This document shows, in pieces, positions 28,117 through 37,062 of a DNA stretch of 64,000 nucleotides. The notes beneath the pieces were generated by a model, which ran no database searches, was not told where the DNA came from, and saw nothing but the letters and a program-made list of their open reading frames with translations. The DNA lies in NCBI GenBank assembly GCA_017621755.1, contig JAGASL010000006.1, positions 26,727-90,726 on the forward strand, given 5' to 3'. The position numbers and the translations under genes are program-made. Within the stretch, counting starts at the first letter, position 1, and each line of letters opens with the position of its first letter. This DNA is from Clostridia bacterium (GTDB lineage Bacteria > Bacillota > Clostridia > Oscillospirales > CAG-272).

Positions 28117-28974
28117 TCACTCCGCTATTTTCATTTTTTTCTGTAAAACACTAATGAAATCTTTTTTATCAAAGGAAATGATATGAAATGAAACCGGGGC
28201 CTTCTCTACGACCACGCAATCCATTGGCTCAAGATATATATTCTCTCGCCCATCTATCGTCACGGTGATGTTATCATCCTCGGCCAGATTTCTGACGCGA
28301 AGCGTTTCCCCATCCCCGTAAAGCAGCGTGCGATTAAAAAAGGAGTGCGGGCAGATCGGTGTAGCACAAATGGCCGAAACCTCTGACGAAAGAACCGGCC
28401 CGCCGGCGGAAAGCGAATAGGCCGTTGAACCGATTGGCGTTGCCAAAATCAGCCCGTCTGCCATGTATTTTACCTCATTTTTTGTTGAAACAGAGGAAAG
28501 GCCCAGTGTTACTACGTGCCCGATAGACGAGCGGTAAAACACCACGTCATTCACGGCAAGGCGCGGCAGCTCCCAGCGCTGGCCGTTTCTTTCTAAGGAA
28601 ACGCGCAGGGTCATCAGCACGCGCAAGGAAAAATCGTCTTGCAGCAAGCGGTGCAGCTCCTCTAAGCGATCCGGCTCCAGCTCTGCCATATAGCCCAGGC
28701 GGCCAAGATTGATGCCCAGCAGCGGCACACGAAGCCTGAGCGCGATGCGAGAGGCCTCTAATACAGTTCCGTCTCCGCCCACGGTGATCACCGCTTCCGC
28801 ATCTGTGGGAAGCGCGCTCTCTTCCAGCTCTATAATGCGCCGGTCGCAAACGGTAGCAAGCGGCGCCCGCATATATACAGTAGCACCGGCATCCAACAAA
28901 ACCGATGCTGCTGCTCGTGTGACACATAGCCCCTCATCCTTTTGCAGATTAGGGATCATAAAAAACCGATTCAT
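28117..28974 (-). CDS. nadK: NAD(+) kinase
   Basis: GGDGT, GINLGRLGY, ND, DGLILATPIGSTAYSLSAGGP and DG motifs. The ATG at 28974 is coupled to the tlyA stop; the track start at 29172 is over-extended. Confidence 0.93.
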   Translation of the reverse strand: MNRFFMIPNLQKDEGLCVTRAAASVLLDAGATVYMRAPLATVCDRRIIELEESALPTDAEAVITVGGDGTVLEASRIALRLRVPLLGINLGRLGYMAELEPDRLEELHRLLQDDFSLRVLMTLRVSLERNGQRWELPRLAVNDVVFYRSSIGHVVTLGLSSVSTKNEVKYMADGLILATPIGSTAYSLSAGGPVLSSEVSAICATPICPHSFFNRTLLYGDGETLRVRNLAEDDNITVTIDGRENIYLEPMDCVVVEKAPVSFHIISFDKKDFISVLQKKMKIAE

Positions 28975-28975
28975 A

Positions 28976-29707
28976 TCAGCTCTCCGTACCCATAATAAAA
29001 TAAGCCAAATATTCTTTATTGCCGTCACCGCCAAGGATAGGAGACGGGATGACCTGTTTAAATTCCAGGCCATATTCCCCGGCAGACCGCAAAACCCTAT
29101 CAATTGCCATTTGTCTGTCCCCCTCATCACGCACAATTCCGCCATGGCGCACCGCATGCCGCCCTGCTTCAAACTGTGGCTTGATCAAGCTGACCAGCAC
29201 CGCCCCCGGCTCTAGCATAGAGGCAAGCGCCGGAAAGATCAGCGTTTGTGAAATAAAGGAAACGTCCATCGTGACAAAATTGGGCTTAGGCTCAAAATCC
29301 TCCGCCTTCAGATAGCGCGCGTTGTAATTTTCAAGACAAGTAACGCGCACGTCATTTCGCAAGCTTTCTGCCAGCTGGCCCTGCCCCACGTCCAGCGCAT
29401 ACACCCTGCTTGCGCCATTTTGCAGGGCACAATCGGTAAAACCACCGCTGGATGCACCAATGTCCAGAACTACACACCCATCACAGGAAATGGGAAAGGC
29501 CGCCAATGCCGCCTCCAGCTTCAAGCCGCCGCGGCCAACGTAACGAAACAGATCGGTTACCGAAACCACCGCGCACTCTTCAACGTCATATGCCGGCTTG
29601 GTAATCACCTTGCCGTTTACTGTAACGGCCCCCTCCTCGATCAAGGCTTTCGCCCTTGTACGCGTGGAGGCATAGCCGTTTTCCTTCAAAAAGCTATCTA
29701 ATCTCAT
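28976..29707 (-). CDS. tlyA: TlyA family rRNA 2'-O-methyltransferase
   Basis: MRLD S4 domain, YVGRGGLKL, DIGASSGGFTD, DVSFIS and LIKPQFEAG motifs. Confidence 0.95.
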   Translation of the reverse strand: MRLDSFLKENGYASTRTRAKALIEEGAVTVNGKVITKPAYDVEECAVVSVTDLFRYVGRGGLKLEAALAAFPISCDGCVVLDIGASSGGFTDCALQNGASRVYALDVGQGQLAESLRNDVRVTCLENYNARYLKAEDFEPKPNFVTMDVSFISQTLIFPALASMLEPGAVLVSLIKPQFEAGRHAVRHGGIVRDEGDRQMAIDRVLRSAGEYGLEFKQVIPSPILGGDGNKEYLAYFIMGTES

Positions 29708-30171
29708 GCAAACAACGGCGCGAGCGACGGCATGAACAAACCGATCAAAATGCCGAGCAAGGCGCCCATAACCACCTGCAGCGGTGTGTGGCCGATCAGC
29801 TCCTTAAGCGCCTTTTCAGAATATTCCGGGTTGCCGGAGAACAGATCGGAAACAATATGATTCAGCACCTTGGCATGCTCGCCTGCCGCGCGGCGAACAC
29901 CGGTAGCATCATACATCACGATGCCGGCCAGCACAACGCAGATAGCAAAGCCAGGCGAAGCAACACCAACAACACGTGCATAGCTGAACGCTAACGCACA
30001 AACCGCAGAGGAATGCGAGCTTGGCATCCCGCCCGAGGCCCATAACCGGTGAAAATCAAAATGTCTTTCTTTATAAAAGCCTGTAAACAGCTTCAAAATC
30101 TGTGCAAGCAGGTAGGCGATCACCGCGCATACCAGCACATCGTTTGATAATAGATCCTTGATAATATTCAT
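29704..30171 (-). CDS. Divergent PAP2 family protein (DUF212)
   Basis: SGGMPSSHS, VMYDATGVRR.AG and LKELIGHTP.QV motifs. Confidence 0.93.
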   Translation of the reverse strand: MNIIKDLLSNDVLVCAVIAYLLAQILKLFTGFYKERHFDFHRLWASGGMPSSHSSAVCALAFSYARVVGVASPGFAICVVLAGIVMYDATGVRRAAGEHAKVLNHIVSDLFSGNPEYSEKALKELIGHTPLQVVMGALLGILIGLFMPSLAPLFA

Positions 30172-30175
30172 ATTT

Positions 30176-31063
30176 TCACTTCTCCCGGCTTAATAGCGCA
30201 TCAGCAAAAGAGCAAAGCATCTCTGCCCCCTCAAATCCTGATAGGGCCTTCTTGGCTGTGGCGGTTAATGCCGCTGCCTCTGTCAGCGCTTCTTCTTTTG
30301 TCATATACGTCAAAAACGTGACCTTCCCATCACGAGCATCCTGGCCAATGCTTTTACCAAGCAATTCCTGATCGCCATACACATCCAAAACGTCATCCAC
30401 GATCTGAAAGGCGCGACCGATACCGCTGGCATAGGTGCGACAGGCATTGAGCACTTCCTCATTCGTTACACCGGCGGCAAGACAGCCAAGCTCTACGGCC
30501 GCACAGATCAAGGCACCTGTCTTCAGCTCCTGTAAATGGCATAAAACCTCCAGGGAGGGCTTTTCTTTTTCAGCGCGAATATCCATCATCTGCCCGCCAA
30601 CCATGCCGCGCGCGCCGGCAGCAGCAGCCAGACATTGCACCGCGCGAACGCGGCAGGATGCATCAGTCTCTGCGTGGGCGATCGTTTCAAAGGCCATGGT
30701 CAGCAAGGCATCTCCTGCCAGCACAGCCTCTGCTTCTCCATACACCTTATGATTGGTGAGTCTTCCCCTTCGATAATCATCGTTATCCATGCATGGTAAA
30801 TCATCGTGGATCAAGGAATAGGTATGCACCATTTCCACCGCTGCTGCAAAAGAGAGGGCTGCCTCTTTTTTGCCGCCAAGCAAAGCAGAAAAGGCCAACA
30901 CCAGAAAAGGCCGAATACGCTTACCGCCTGCCAGTGCGCTGTAACGCATACCTTCAAAAAGCATAGAAAGTGCAGAATCTTGATCACTTAGCAGCACAGC
31001 GAGCCGTTCCTCTACAGCGATCGCCGCTGCATTTGCGGCGCTCTTCCAATCACCAGCCATCAT
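30176..31063 (-). CDS. ispA: Farnesyl/geranylgeranyl diphosphate synthase
   Basis: GGKRIRP, HTYSLIHDDLPCMDNDDYRRG, KT, FQIVDD and GK motifs. Start at 31063 overlaps the xseB stop (ATGA). Confidence 0.93.
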   Translation of the reverse strand: MMAGDWKSAANAAAIAVEERLAVLLSDQDSALSMLFEGMRYSALAGGKRIRPFLVLAFSALLGGKKEAALSFAAAVEMVHTYSLIHDDLPCMDNDDYRRGRLTNHKVYGEAEAVLAGDALLTMAFETIAHAETDASCRVRAVQCLAAAAGARGMVGGQMMDIRAEKEKPSLEVLCHLQELKTGALICAAVELGCLAAGVTNEEVLNACRTYASGIGRAFQIVDDVLDVYGDQELLGKSIGQDARDGKVTFLTYMTKEEALTEAAALTATAKKALSGFEGAEMLCSFADALLSREK

Positions 31064-31302
31064 ACTTGATCGTGGGATGGGAAGTCTGCTTCCTGCATAT
31101 CCCCATCCTCTCCCTGCAGCAAAACGCGAACGCGTTGCTCTGCCTGCGTTAATTTTTCGTTGCAATACTTAACAAGACCGATCCCCTCTTCAAAGACGGA
31201 GAGCGAATCCTCTAAGCTCGTTTTTCCGTTTTCAAGGAGACGAACGATATCCTCTAATCTCCCTAATGCTTCCTCAAAGCTTTTATTATTCTTTTCTTGC
31301 AT
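31060..31302 (-). CDS. xseB: Exodeoxyribonuclease VII small subunit
   Basis: SFEEAL.RLE.IV..LE.G..SLEDSL..FEEG..L. Confidence 0.96.
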   Translation of the reverse strand: MQEKNNKSFEEALGRLEDIVRLLENGKTSLEDSLSVFEEGIGLVKYCNEKLTQAEQRVRVLLQGEDGDMQEADFPSHDQV

Positions 31303-31313
31303 GTCAATTCCCC

Positions 31314-32597
31314 TTATTTATCCGCTTTATTATCAGGCAGAACGCATTCCGCACGTCCAAGCACGGTACCGTCACACAGGCGAACAGAAAAATCGCTGCC
31401 TGGCTTGAAACTCTTCACAGACGAAGCAACGTGCTTGCCCTCATCATACACCACACCGTAACCGCGCAGAAGCACGGCAAGCGGATTCAGCATGTCCAGC
31501 TTGGCAGCGGCCTCACGAAAGCGCCCCTTTTCAGCCGTCACGCGTTCCTTGGTAAGATGAAAAAGCCGCTCACTTGCCGAAAGCAGGCGCATCGTCTGCT
31601 CGCGATATAGTCCATCCGGCTTAGAAAGCACCGGTCTTTGCGCCAGGTCTGCCACCGTTTTTTGATAGACCTGCAGCCGATTAACAGTCGCCTGCTGCAT
31701 GCGGCTATGCAGCACTTGTATAGCTGCGGCCAGCTCTCGCGCATCTGGCACAACAAGCTCTGCCGCGGCAGAGGGGGTTGGTGCGCGACGGTCAGCCACA
31801 AAATCGCAAATGGTAAAATCCGTCTCGTGCCCTACCGCCGAAACCACCGGCACCGTGGATGCCGCAATCGCCCTTGCCAAGCGCTCGTCATTAAAGGCGT
31901 ACAGATCCTCAAAGGAGCCACCACCACGGCCGATGATGAGCACATCTGCCGCTTTATGTGTATGAAAATAATGCACACCGGCCAGCAGGCTTGCCGGTGC
32001 CTCTGCCCCCTGCACCAGGGCAGGATACAAAACGACCTTGGCCTGCGGAAAGCGCCTGCCAAGAATTTGCAGGATATCACGCACGGCAGCACCGGTTGGC
32101 GAGGTGATCACGCCAATACGGCGTGGGAAGCGCGGTAGAGGGCGTTTTCTTTTTTCATCAAAGAGCCCCTCCTGCTCCAGCTTTTTCTTCAGTTGCTCAA
32201 AGGCCAGATATAGAGAGCCGATACCATCCGGCTCCATCATCGTAACGTATAACTGATATTTGCCGTCACGCACGTATACCGAAACCGAGCCGCGCGCAAG
32301 CACCTTCATCCCATTCTCGGGCTGGAAACGCAGGCGCCCGGCAGAAGAGCGGAACATAACGGCAGACAGCACGCCATCTGCATCCTTTAAGGAAAAATAC
32401 AAATGACCGGAAGCGCGGTGAAAGGTGAAGTTAGAGATCTCACCGCGAACGGTCACGTCTGCCAAAACCGGACTTTCTGCCAGCAGAGAGCGAACATACT
32501 CGTTCAGCTGGGAAACCGACATGGCCGCTTTTTCTTCCTTTTGCTGCTGCCCGCCATCCTTCACGCCGGCAAGGCTACGAAACCGTTCTAAATCCAT
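31314..32597 (-). CDS. xseA: Exodeoxyribonuclease VII large subunit
   Basis: GEISN, SGHLYFSLKD, VITSPTGAA, GRGGGS.EDL, SAVGHETD and APTPSAAAE motifs. Confidence 0.97.
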   Translation of the reverse strand: MDLERFRSLAGVKDGGQQQKEEKAAMSVSQLNEYVRSLLAESPVLADVTVRGEISNFTFHRASGHLYFSLKDADGVLSAVMFRSSAGRLRFQPENGMKVLARGSVSVYVRDGKYQLYVTMMEPDGIGSLYLAFEQLKKKLEQEGLFDEKRKRPLPRFPRRIGVITSPTGAAVRDILQILGRRFPQAKVVLYPALVQGAEAPASLLAGVHYFHTHKAADVLIIGRGGGSFEDLYAFNDERLARAIAASTVPVVSAVGHETDFTICDFVADRRAPTPSAAAELVVPDARELAAAIQVLHSRMQQATVNRLQVYQKTVADLAQRPVLSKPDGLYREQTMRLLSASERLFHLTKERVTAEKGRFREAAAKLDMLNPLAVLLRGYGVVYDEGKHVASSVKSFKPGSDFSVRLCDGTVLGRAECVLPDNKADK

Positions 32598-32608
32598 ACC
32601 CTTATTTC

Positions 32609-33556
32609 CTATTCTGCGGCATGCGCCATAGCGGTCAACAGCGCAATGCCCACTGCATTATCGGCCGAAAGCGCCGGGCTAGCAAATGCCGCATCCAGCT
32701 CGCTTTCTATACGAGAACGAAGGATGGAATTGCTCATCACACCGCCGGCAAACAGCATCGTCCCCTCGCCATATAGCGCCTGATACGCCTTAGCCATCTC
32801 AACAAGCGCGTTACCCAAAAAATCAAAAACAAAGGCCGCTGTAAGCGGGGCATCCCCAGTATCATGATACAGCTTCAACGCCATATTCTCAAGCCCGGAA
32901 AGATTCACGTAGCAGCCATCCTGCGCCACCCGCTTACGTGGGATCTTTTTCGTATTCTGCAAAGCAAGCGCCTCTAAGGCGGGGCCACATGGAAAAGAAA
33001 GACCCATAGCTACGCCAATGCGATCGACCGCCTGCCCGGCGTGCAGATCCTTGGCGCCGCCTACGCAGCTGACGCAAAAGCCCCCCTTTGCCTTCTCTGC
33101 CCTTACCAGCTCGGTCGTTCCGCCGGAAACGTGAAAGGCGCCGAAGGGGTGCGCAAGCAGATCGTATCGACCCGAGGAATGAACCGCCGCCATCAAATGG
33201 CCGCACTGGTGCGAAAAGGTGTAAAGCGGCACGCCGTGCACAGCGGCAGCGCTTTGCGCGGCCGCTACACCGCCAAGAAAGCAAGGCATATACGAGCCCT
33301 CTACGTTTCTTGGGCGACCTGAAACGCCAATCGCTATGATCGAACGCCCATCCATGAGACTGGCAAGCTCCTGCATCGCAGAGGGGAGATTCTTTACGTG
33401 CGCGAACAGCGCGTCTGACTGGCGCAAGCCGCGCTCGCCCTCGCCGACCGGCAAAGGCCGCTTGATATTGGCCAGCACCTCGCCGCTTTTATCAACAAGC
33501 CCGACTGACGTGGTATAGTTGCTAGTATCAATGCCAAGAAAGCACTCAGTTGGCAT
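32609..33556 (-). CDS. TsaD/Kae1-like (glycoprotease M22 fold) paralog
   Basis: LGIDTSNYTTS, SHQCGH metal motif, HVSGGTT, GQ.VDRIG, GGV.SN and DNA.G motifs; divergent from canonical TsaD. Confidence 0.8.
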   Translation of the reverse strand: MPTECFLGIDTSNYTTSVGLVDKSGEVLANIKRPLPVGEGERGLRQSDALFAHVKNLPSAMQELASLMDGRSIIAIGVSGRPRNVEGSYMPCFLGGVAAAQSAAAVHGVPLYTFSHQCGHLMAAVHSSGRYDLLAHPFGAFHVSGGTTELVRAEKAKGGFCVSCVGGAKDLHAGQAVDRIGVAMGLSFPCGPALEALALQNTKKIPRKRVAQDGCYVNLSGLENMALKLYHDTGDAPLTAAFVFDFLGNALVEMAKAYQALYGEGTMLFAGGVMSNSILRSRIESELDAAFASPALSADNAVGIALLTAMAHAAE

Positions 33557-33965
33557 GATCGGTGTCTACCCCTACTTCCTTTACCACGGCATTCAGCACA
33601 CCGTTGACAAAGGCGCGCGCCCCTTCCTCGTCATAAGCCTTTACCAGCTCCAGCGCCTCGTTTACCGAAACCAGCGTGGGAATATCCGGGCAATGGCAAA
33701 TCTCGTAAACAGCAAGCTCCATGATCGTTAAGGAAACCGGCGAGATTCTCGCCTTCTTCCAGCCGTGGCTATGCTTTTCAATCAGCGCATCGATTTCTTC
33801 AAGATGCGAAGCAACGCCACCGATAACGGCATGCACGTAGTCATCGTCCTCTATTTCCCGGGCGTTTTTCGCCGTTTCGTAAATTTCTTCCATGCTCCGC
33901 TCTGGGTGGAACTTTGCTTCAAACAACAAAACAAATGCCGTCTCTCTTGCCTTTCGCCTGTTCAT
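33546..33965 (-). CDS. nusB: Transcription antitermination factor NusB
   Basis: RRKARE, W...RI, P..VSVNEALELVK.Y and FVNGVL motifs. Confidence 0.95.
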   Translation of the reverse strand: MNRRKARETAFVLLFEAKFHPERSMEEIYETAKNAREIEDDDYVHAVIGGVASHLEEIDALIEKHSHGWKKARISPVSLTIMELAVYEICHCPDIPTLVSVNEALELVKAYDEEGARAFVNGVLNAVVKEVGVDTDHAN

Positions 33966-34045
33966 ACCGTCAAAATGCGTTCAAAAAAGAGCGAACGCGT
34001 TCCTTTACTTTAAAATTCATCAAGCAAAAATGCCGACTATGAATA

Positions 34046-34074
34046 ATTATACACTTTTTCAATTCAATTGTCAA
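34046..34074 (-). promoter_or_regulatory. Sigma-A promoter of the nusB...recN operon
   Basis: Minus strand perfect TTGACA-N17-TATAAT. Confidence 0.8.
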
Positions 34075-34187
34075 CTTCTTTCAAATAATTTATTATTTTT
34101 ATATTTTCTCAAAGAAGGAGAAAAAGCCCTGTATCGTTTTGAAAGGAGATGGGCTTCCGTTTTGACGCGGTGATCCCCCCATTCGTA

Positions 34188-34211
34188 TCATTGACCAAGT
34201 CATTGACCAAG
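34188..34211. repeat. Perfect 12-bp tandem direct repeat
   Basis: TCATTGACCAAG x2. Confidence 0.85.
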
Positions 34212-34295
34212 AATCCACCTCTAAAGCGGTTTATGCAAAGTACTTGCTTTTTTTGTAAACCTATGCTATGATAATAGGGTACGGAGGATCGACCT

Positions 34296-34706
34296 ATGAA
34301 AGCTATCTTACCCTATATCAAAAAAATTTTGACAAGCTCTTGCATCTGCTTCACACTGATCACACTTTTTTTGTATCTGATCGGCAAAGCTGTGCCTACC
34401 GTAGGCGATGCTGTCGCCATTTCCAGCCTATTCACGATCTACCTATTTTCTCTGCTTTTGGCGCTGGCAGGCCTACTGCTGGGCATTTCCACCATCCAGA
34501 TCGGCTGGCGCGTGCTGCTGCACTATCTGGCTTCCCTGTTCGCCTTTTACGTCGTTTTTATCGTTATCGCGATGAAGCTGAGCGCCGCCCGCTCGGCCCT
34601 GATCGGGCTCTTGCTCTTTACGATGCTGTACGCCATTCTAATGGGTGTTTATCTGTTCCTTCACCATTCCTACAGCAAAAAAGAAATCACAAAAAAGCCG
34701 CAATAA
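34296..34706 (+). CDS. Small four-TM membrane protein (DUF3021-like)
   Basis: Four hydrophobic helices and an 'RVLLHY' motif. GGAGG RBS. TTGCTT-N17-TATGAT promoter at 34244-34272. Confidence 0.7.
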   Translation: MKAILPYIKKILTSSCICFTLITLFLYLIGKAVPTVGDAVAISSLFTIYLFSLLLALAGLLLGISTIQIGWRVLLHYLASLFAFYVVFIVIAMKLSAARSALIGLLLFTMLYAILMGVYLFLHHSYSKKEITKKPQ

Positions 34707-34717
34707 CACGAAGAAAA

Positions 34718-34752
34718 AACCGGGCAGATGCACCAAAAGCATCTGCCCGGTT
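34718..34752. terminator. Bidirectional terminator
   Basis: AACCGGGCAGATGC / GCATCTGCCCGGTT. Confidence 0.75.
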
Positions 34753-34757
34753 CTTTG

Positions 34758-36032
34758 TTATCGAAGCACAACGCGGTCACACGCCTGTGCTGTTATCGTT
34801 GCCTGAAAAAACGCTTGCAATGCGTGAATAAGATGCAAATAGTCATTGGCGCACATAGTTTCGGTAGCGGCGTGCATGGCCAACTGCGGCAGCCCGATAT
34901 CCACAGAGCGAATAGAAACCTGCGAGGAGCTGATGGCCCCCAGCGTTCCGCCGCAGGGCATGTCGGCCCGCATATAAAAATCCTGGTACGGGACCCCGGC
35001 TCCCTTCAAGATCGCCTTGAAGATCGCAGAAGAAAAAGCGTCGGTCGTATAGTTTTGGTTGGCGTGGTGCTTGATCACGATACCGCCACCCAGCTTGACT
35101 GGGTTGGTGGGGTCAGATTTTTCGGGGTGATTGGGGTGAATGGCGTGCGCATTGTCGCAGGATACCATAAAGGAATGCGGCAGCATATCATCCAATCCTT
35201 GTTCGTAGGCGGCAGCAACACGCGCCATAGTTACATATAAGAAATCTGAGCCGGCGCCTTGCTTTGTTTGGCTACCAACCTCTTCGTTATCTGCCAGATA
35301 GATCATCGACACGCCTTCTCCCTCTACCTCATTCAATGCCGCAACAGAGGCAAAGGCCGAGGTGAGATTATCAATACGCGGCGAAACAAGCAGCTCCTCA
35401 TCGAAGCCGGCTAAATACGGCTCAGCCGCATTCACCAAGAACAGATCACGTTCTAAAACTTCTTTTTTGTCCTCTGCTTCAAAATAAAGCTTGAAATTCT
35501 CGTCAAGAGAGACAACCGGCTGCAGATCGATCTGCGGATTCAGCGAAAGCTCCTTGTTTGCTTCTCGGTTAAAGTGAATGGCCAGGCTGGGTATCACGAC
35601 CTTGTGCTCATCCTCTATCAGTGTTGCGTGAAGGCTGCCGCTTTCGCTGTCATAGCTTACAATGCGCCCGGCAAGGCAAAGCGGTGTATCCAGCCAGCTG
35701 TAATACAGCCCGCCGCCGTAACGCTCTACGTTCAGCTTGGCACAACCGCCCACATAGGCAACGGCGTCCCCCTTTACCTTTAGGCAGGGTGAATCCAAAT
35801 GCGATGCAACAACGCGAAAGCCGCCCGGATTCTTGCCCAAGCAAAAGGCGATCAGTGCGCTGCCATCACGCATCACATAATATTTCCCCTGGGGAGCCAA
35901 ATGCCACGGATCACATTCCTCTAAACGTACAAACCCCTTTGCCTCTAATTGCTCGGCAGCGCAGGCCGCCGCGTGATAGGCAGTTTTGGAACGGTTCAGG
36001 CTTTTCATTAAATCAAAAACGGTAGAATTCAT
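34758..36032 (-). CDS. M18 family aspartyl aminopeptidase
   Basis: HLDSP, YGG, RIDNL, DNEEVGS, DNAHAIHPN, CGGTLG and LAMH motifs. ATG at 36032. Confidence 0.93.
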   Translation of the reverse strand: MNSTVFDLMKSLNRSKTAYHAAACAAEQLEAKGFVRLEECDPWHLAPQGKYYVMRDGSALIAFCLGKNPGGFRVVASHLDSPCLKVKGDAVAYVGGCAKLNVERYGGGLYYSWLDTPLCLAGRIVSYDSESGSLHATLIEDEHKVVIPSLAIHFNREANKELSLNPQIDLQPVVSLDENFKLYFEAEDKKEVLERDLFLVNAAEPYLAGFDEELLVSPRIDNLTSAFASVAALNEVEGEGVSMIYLADNEEVGSQTKQGAGSDFLYVTMARVAAAYEQGLDDMLPHSFMVSCDNAHAIHPNHPEKSDPTNPVKLGGGIVIKHHANQNYTTDAFSSAIFKAILKGAGVPYQDFYMRADMPCGGTLGAISSSQVSIRSVDIGLPQLAMHAATETMCANDYLHLIHALQAFFQATITAQACDRVVLR

Positions 36033-36155
36033 CCCTCTATCCCCTTTCTTACTGTCATTATTGTACCACACTCTGCCAAAAAGTCAAGAAAAAGAGGGCT
36101 CCTTCTTGCTTTTTTTGCGTTTTCGCGCTATAATAAACGCAACAAGGAGAACGCT

Positions 36156-37028
36156 ATGGATCTTTCAAATTGTACGCTATGCCCCAATGAATGCCATATT
36201 GACCGCAGGGCACGTCCCGGCCGCTGCCATATGACGGCTGATGCACGCATCTGCCGAGTTGCGCTGCACGCCTGGGAAGAGCCTATTATCAGCGGCACGC
36301 GCGGCAGCGGCACCATCTTTTTTGCTGGCTGCAGCCTGGGCTGCGTTTTTTGCCAGAATTATGAAATAAGCCACGCATCGGTCGGTCGTATCTATTCGAT
36401 CGACGAGCTAATTGCCGCTATGAAGCAGCTGGTTGCTGACGGTGCGCATAACATTAACCTTGTAAATCCGACGCATTACGCCCACGTCCTCAAGGAGGCG
36501 CTTTCTCAATACAAGCCACCTGTGCCGGTTGTTTACAATACTGGTGGGTATGACAAGGTTGAGACCCTGCAGGAATTAGACGGGCTGATAGATATATATC
36601 TGCCCGATCTTAAATGCTTAAATCCTGCACTTGCCGCACGCTATTCTGGCCGCACCAATTACCCCGACATCGCGTGCGCGGCGCTTGACGAAATGTTTCG
36701 CCAGGTGGGGCCTGCCGTGGTACGGGACGGGCTGCTGCAACGCGGCATGGTGGTGCGGCACCTGGTTCTGCCCGGCTGCTCGGAGGAGGGTGTACGCGTG
36801 ATGAATTACCTGACCGAGCGATACGGTGATGCCATCTATATTTCTGCCATGAGCCAATATACACCGCATGGCGATTTGAGCACCTGCCCTGAAATAAATC
36901 GCAAATTAAAGCCTATTGAATACAAGCGCGTAGTAGCAGCATTACAGCGCGCCGGCGCTAAAAGCTGCTTTACCCAAGAGCCTGACAGCAGCAGCGACAT
37001 GTATATTCCACCGTTTGATCTAAAATAG
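36156..37028 (+). CDS. PflX-like radical SAM protein
   Basis: CTLCP.EC...C N-terminus, HAWEEP.ISG..GSGTIFF.GCSLGCVFCQN (CxxxCxxC), YLPD.K and RHLVLP motifs. Confidence 0.9.
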   Translation: MDLSNCTLCPNECHIDRRARPGRCHMTADARICRVALHAWEEPIISGTRGSGTIFFAGCSLGCVFCQNYEISHASVGRIYSIDELIAAMKQLVADGAHNINLVNPTHYAHVLKEALSQYKPPVPVVYNTGGYDKVETLQELDGLIDIYLPDLKCLNPALAARYSGRTNYPDIACAALDEMFRQVGPAVVRDGLLQRGMVVRHLVLPGCSEEGVRVMNYLTERYGDAIYISAMSQYTPHGDLSTCPEINRKLKPIEYKRVVAALQRAGAKSCFTQEPDSSSDMYIPPFDLK

Positions 37029-37054
37029 GGCATCCCGCACGGGGTGCCCTATTT
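37023..37054. terminator. Bidirectional terminator
   Basis: AAATAGGGCATCCCG / CGGGGTGCCCTATTT. Confidence 0.7.
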
Positions 37055-37062
37055 ATGTGCGA

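Noticed and set aside
34268-34831. 187-aa alternative-frame ORF overlapping the membrane protein gene
   Set aside because: It starts inside the -10 element and runs through the terminator. The 34296-34706 frame has the RBS and a coherent TM pattern.
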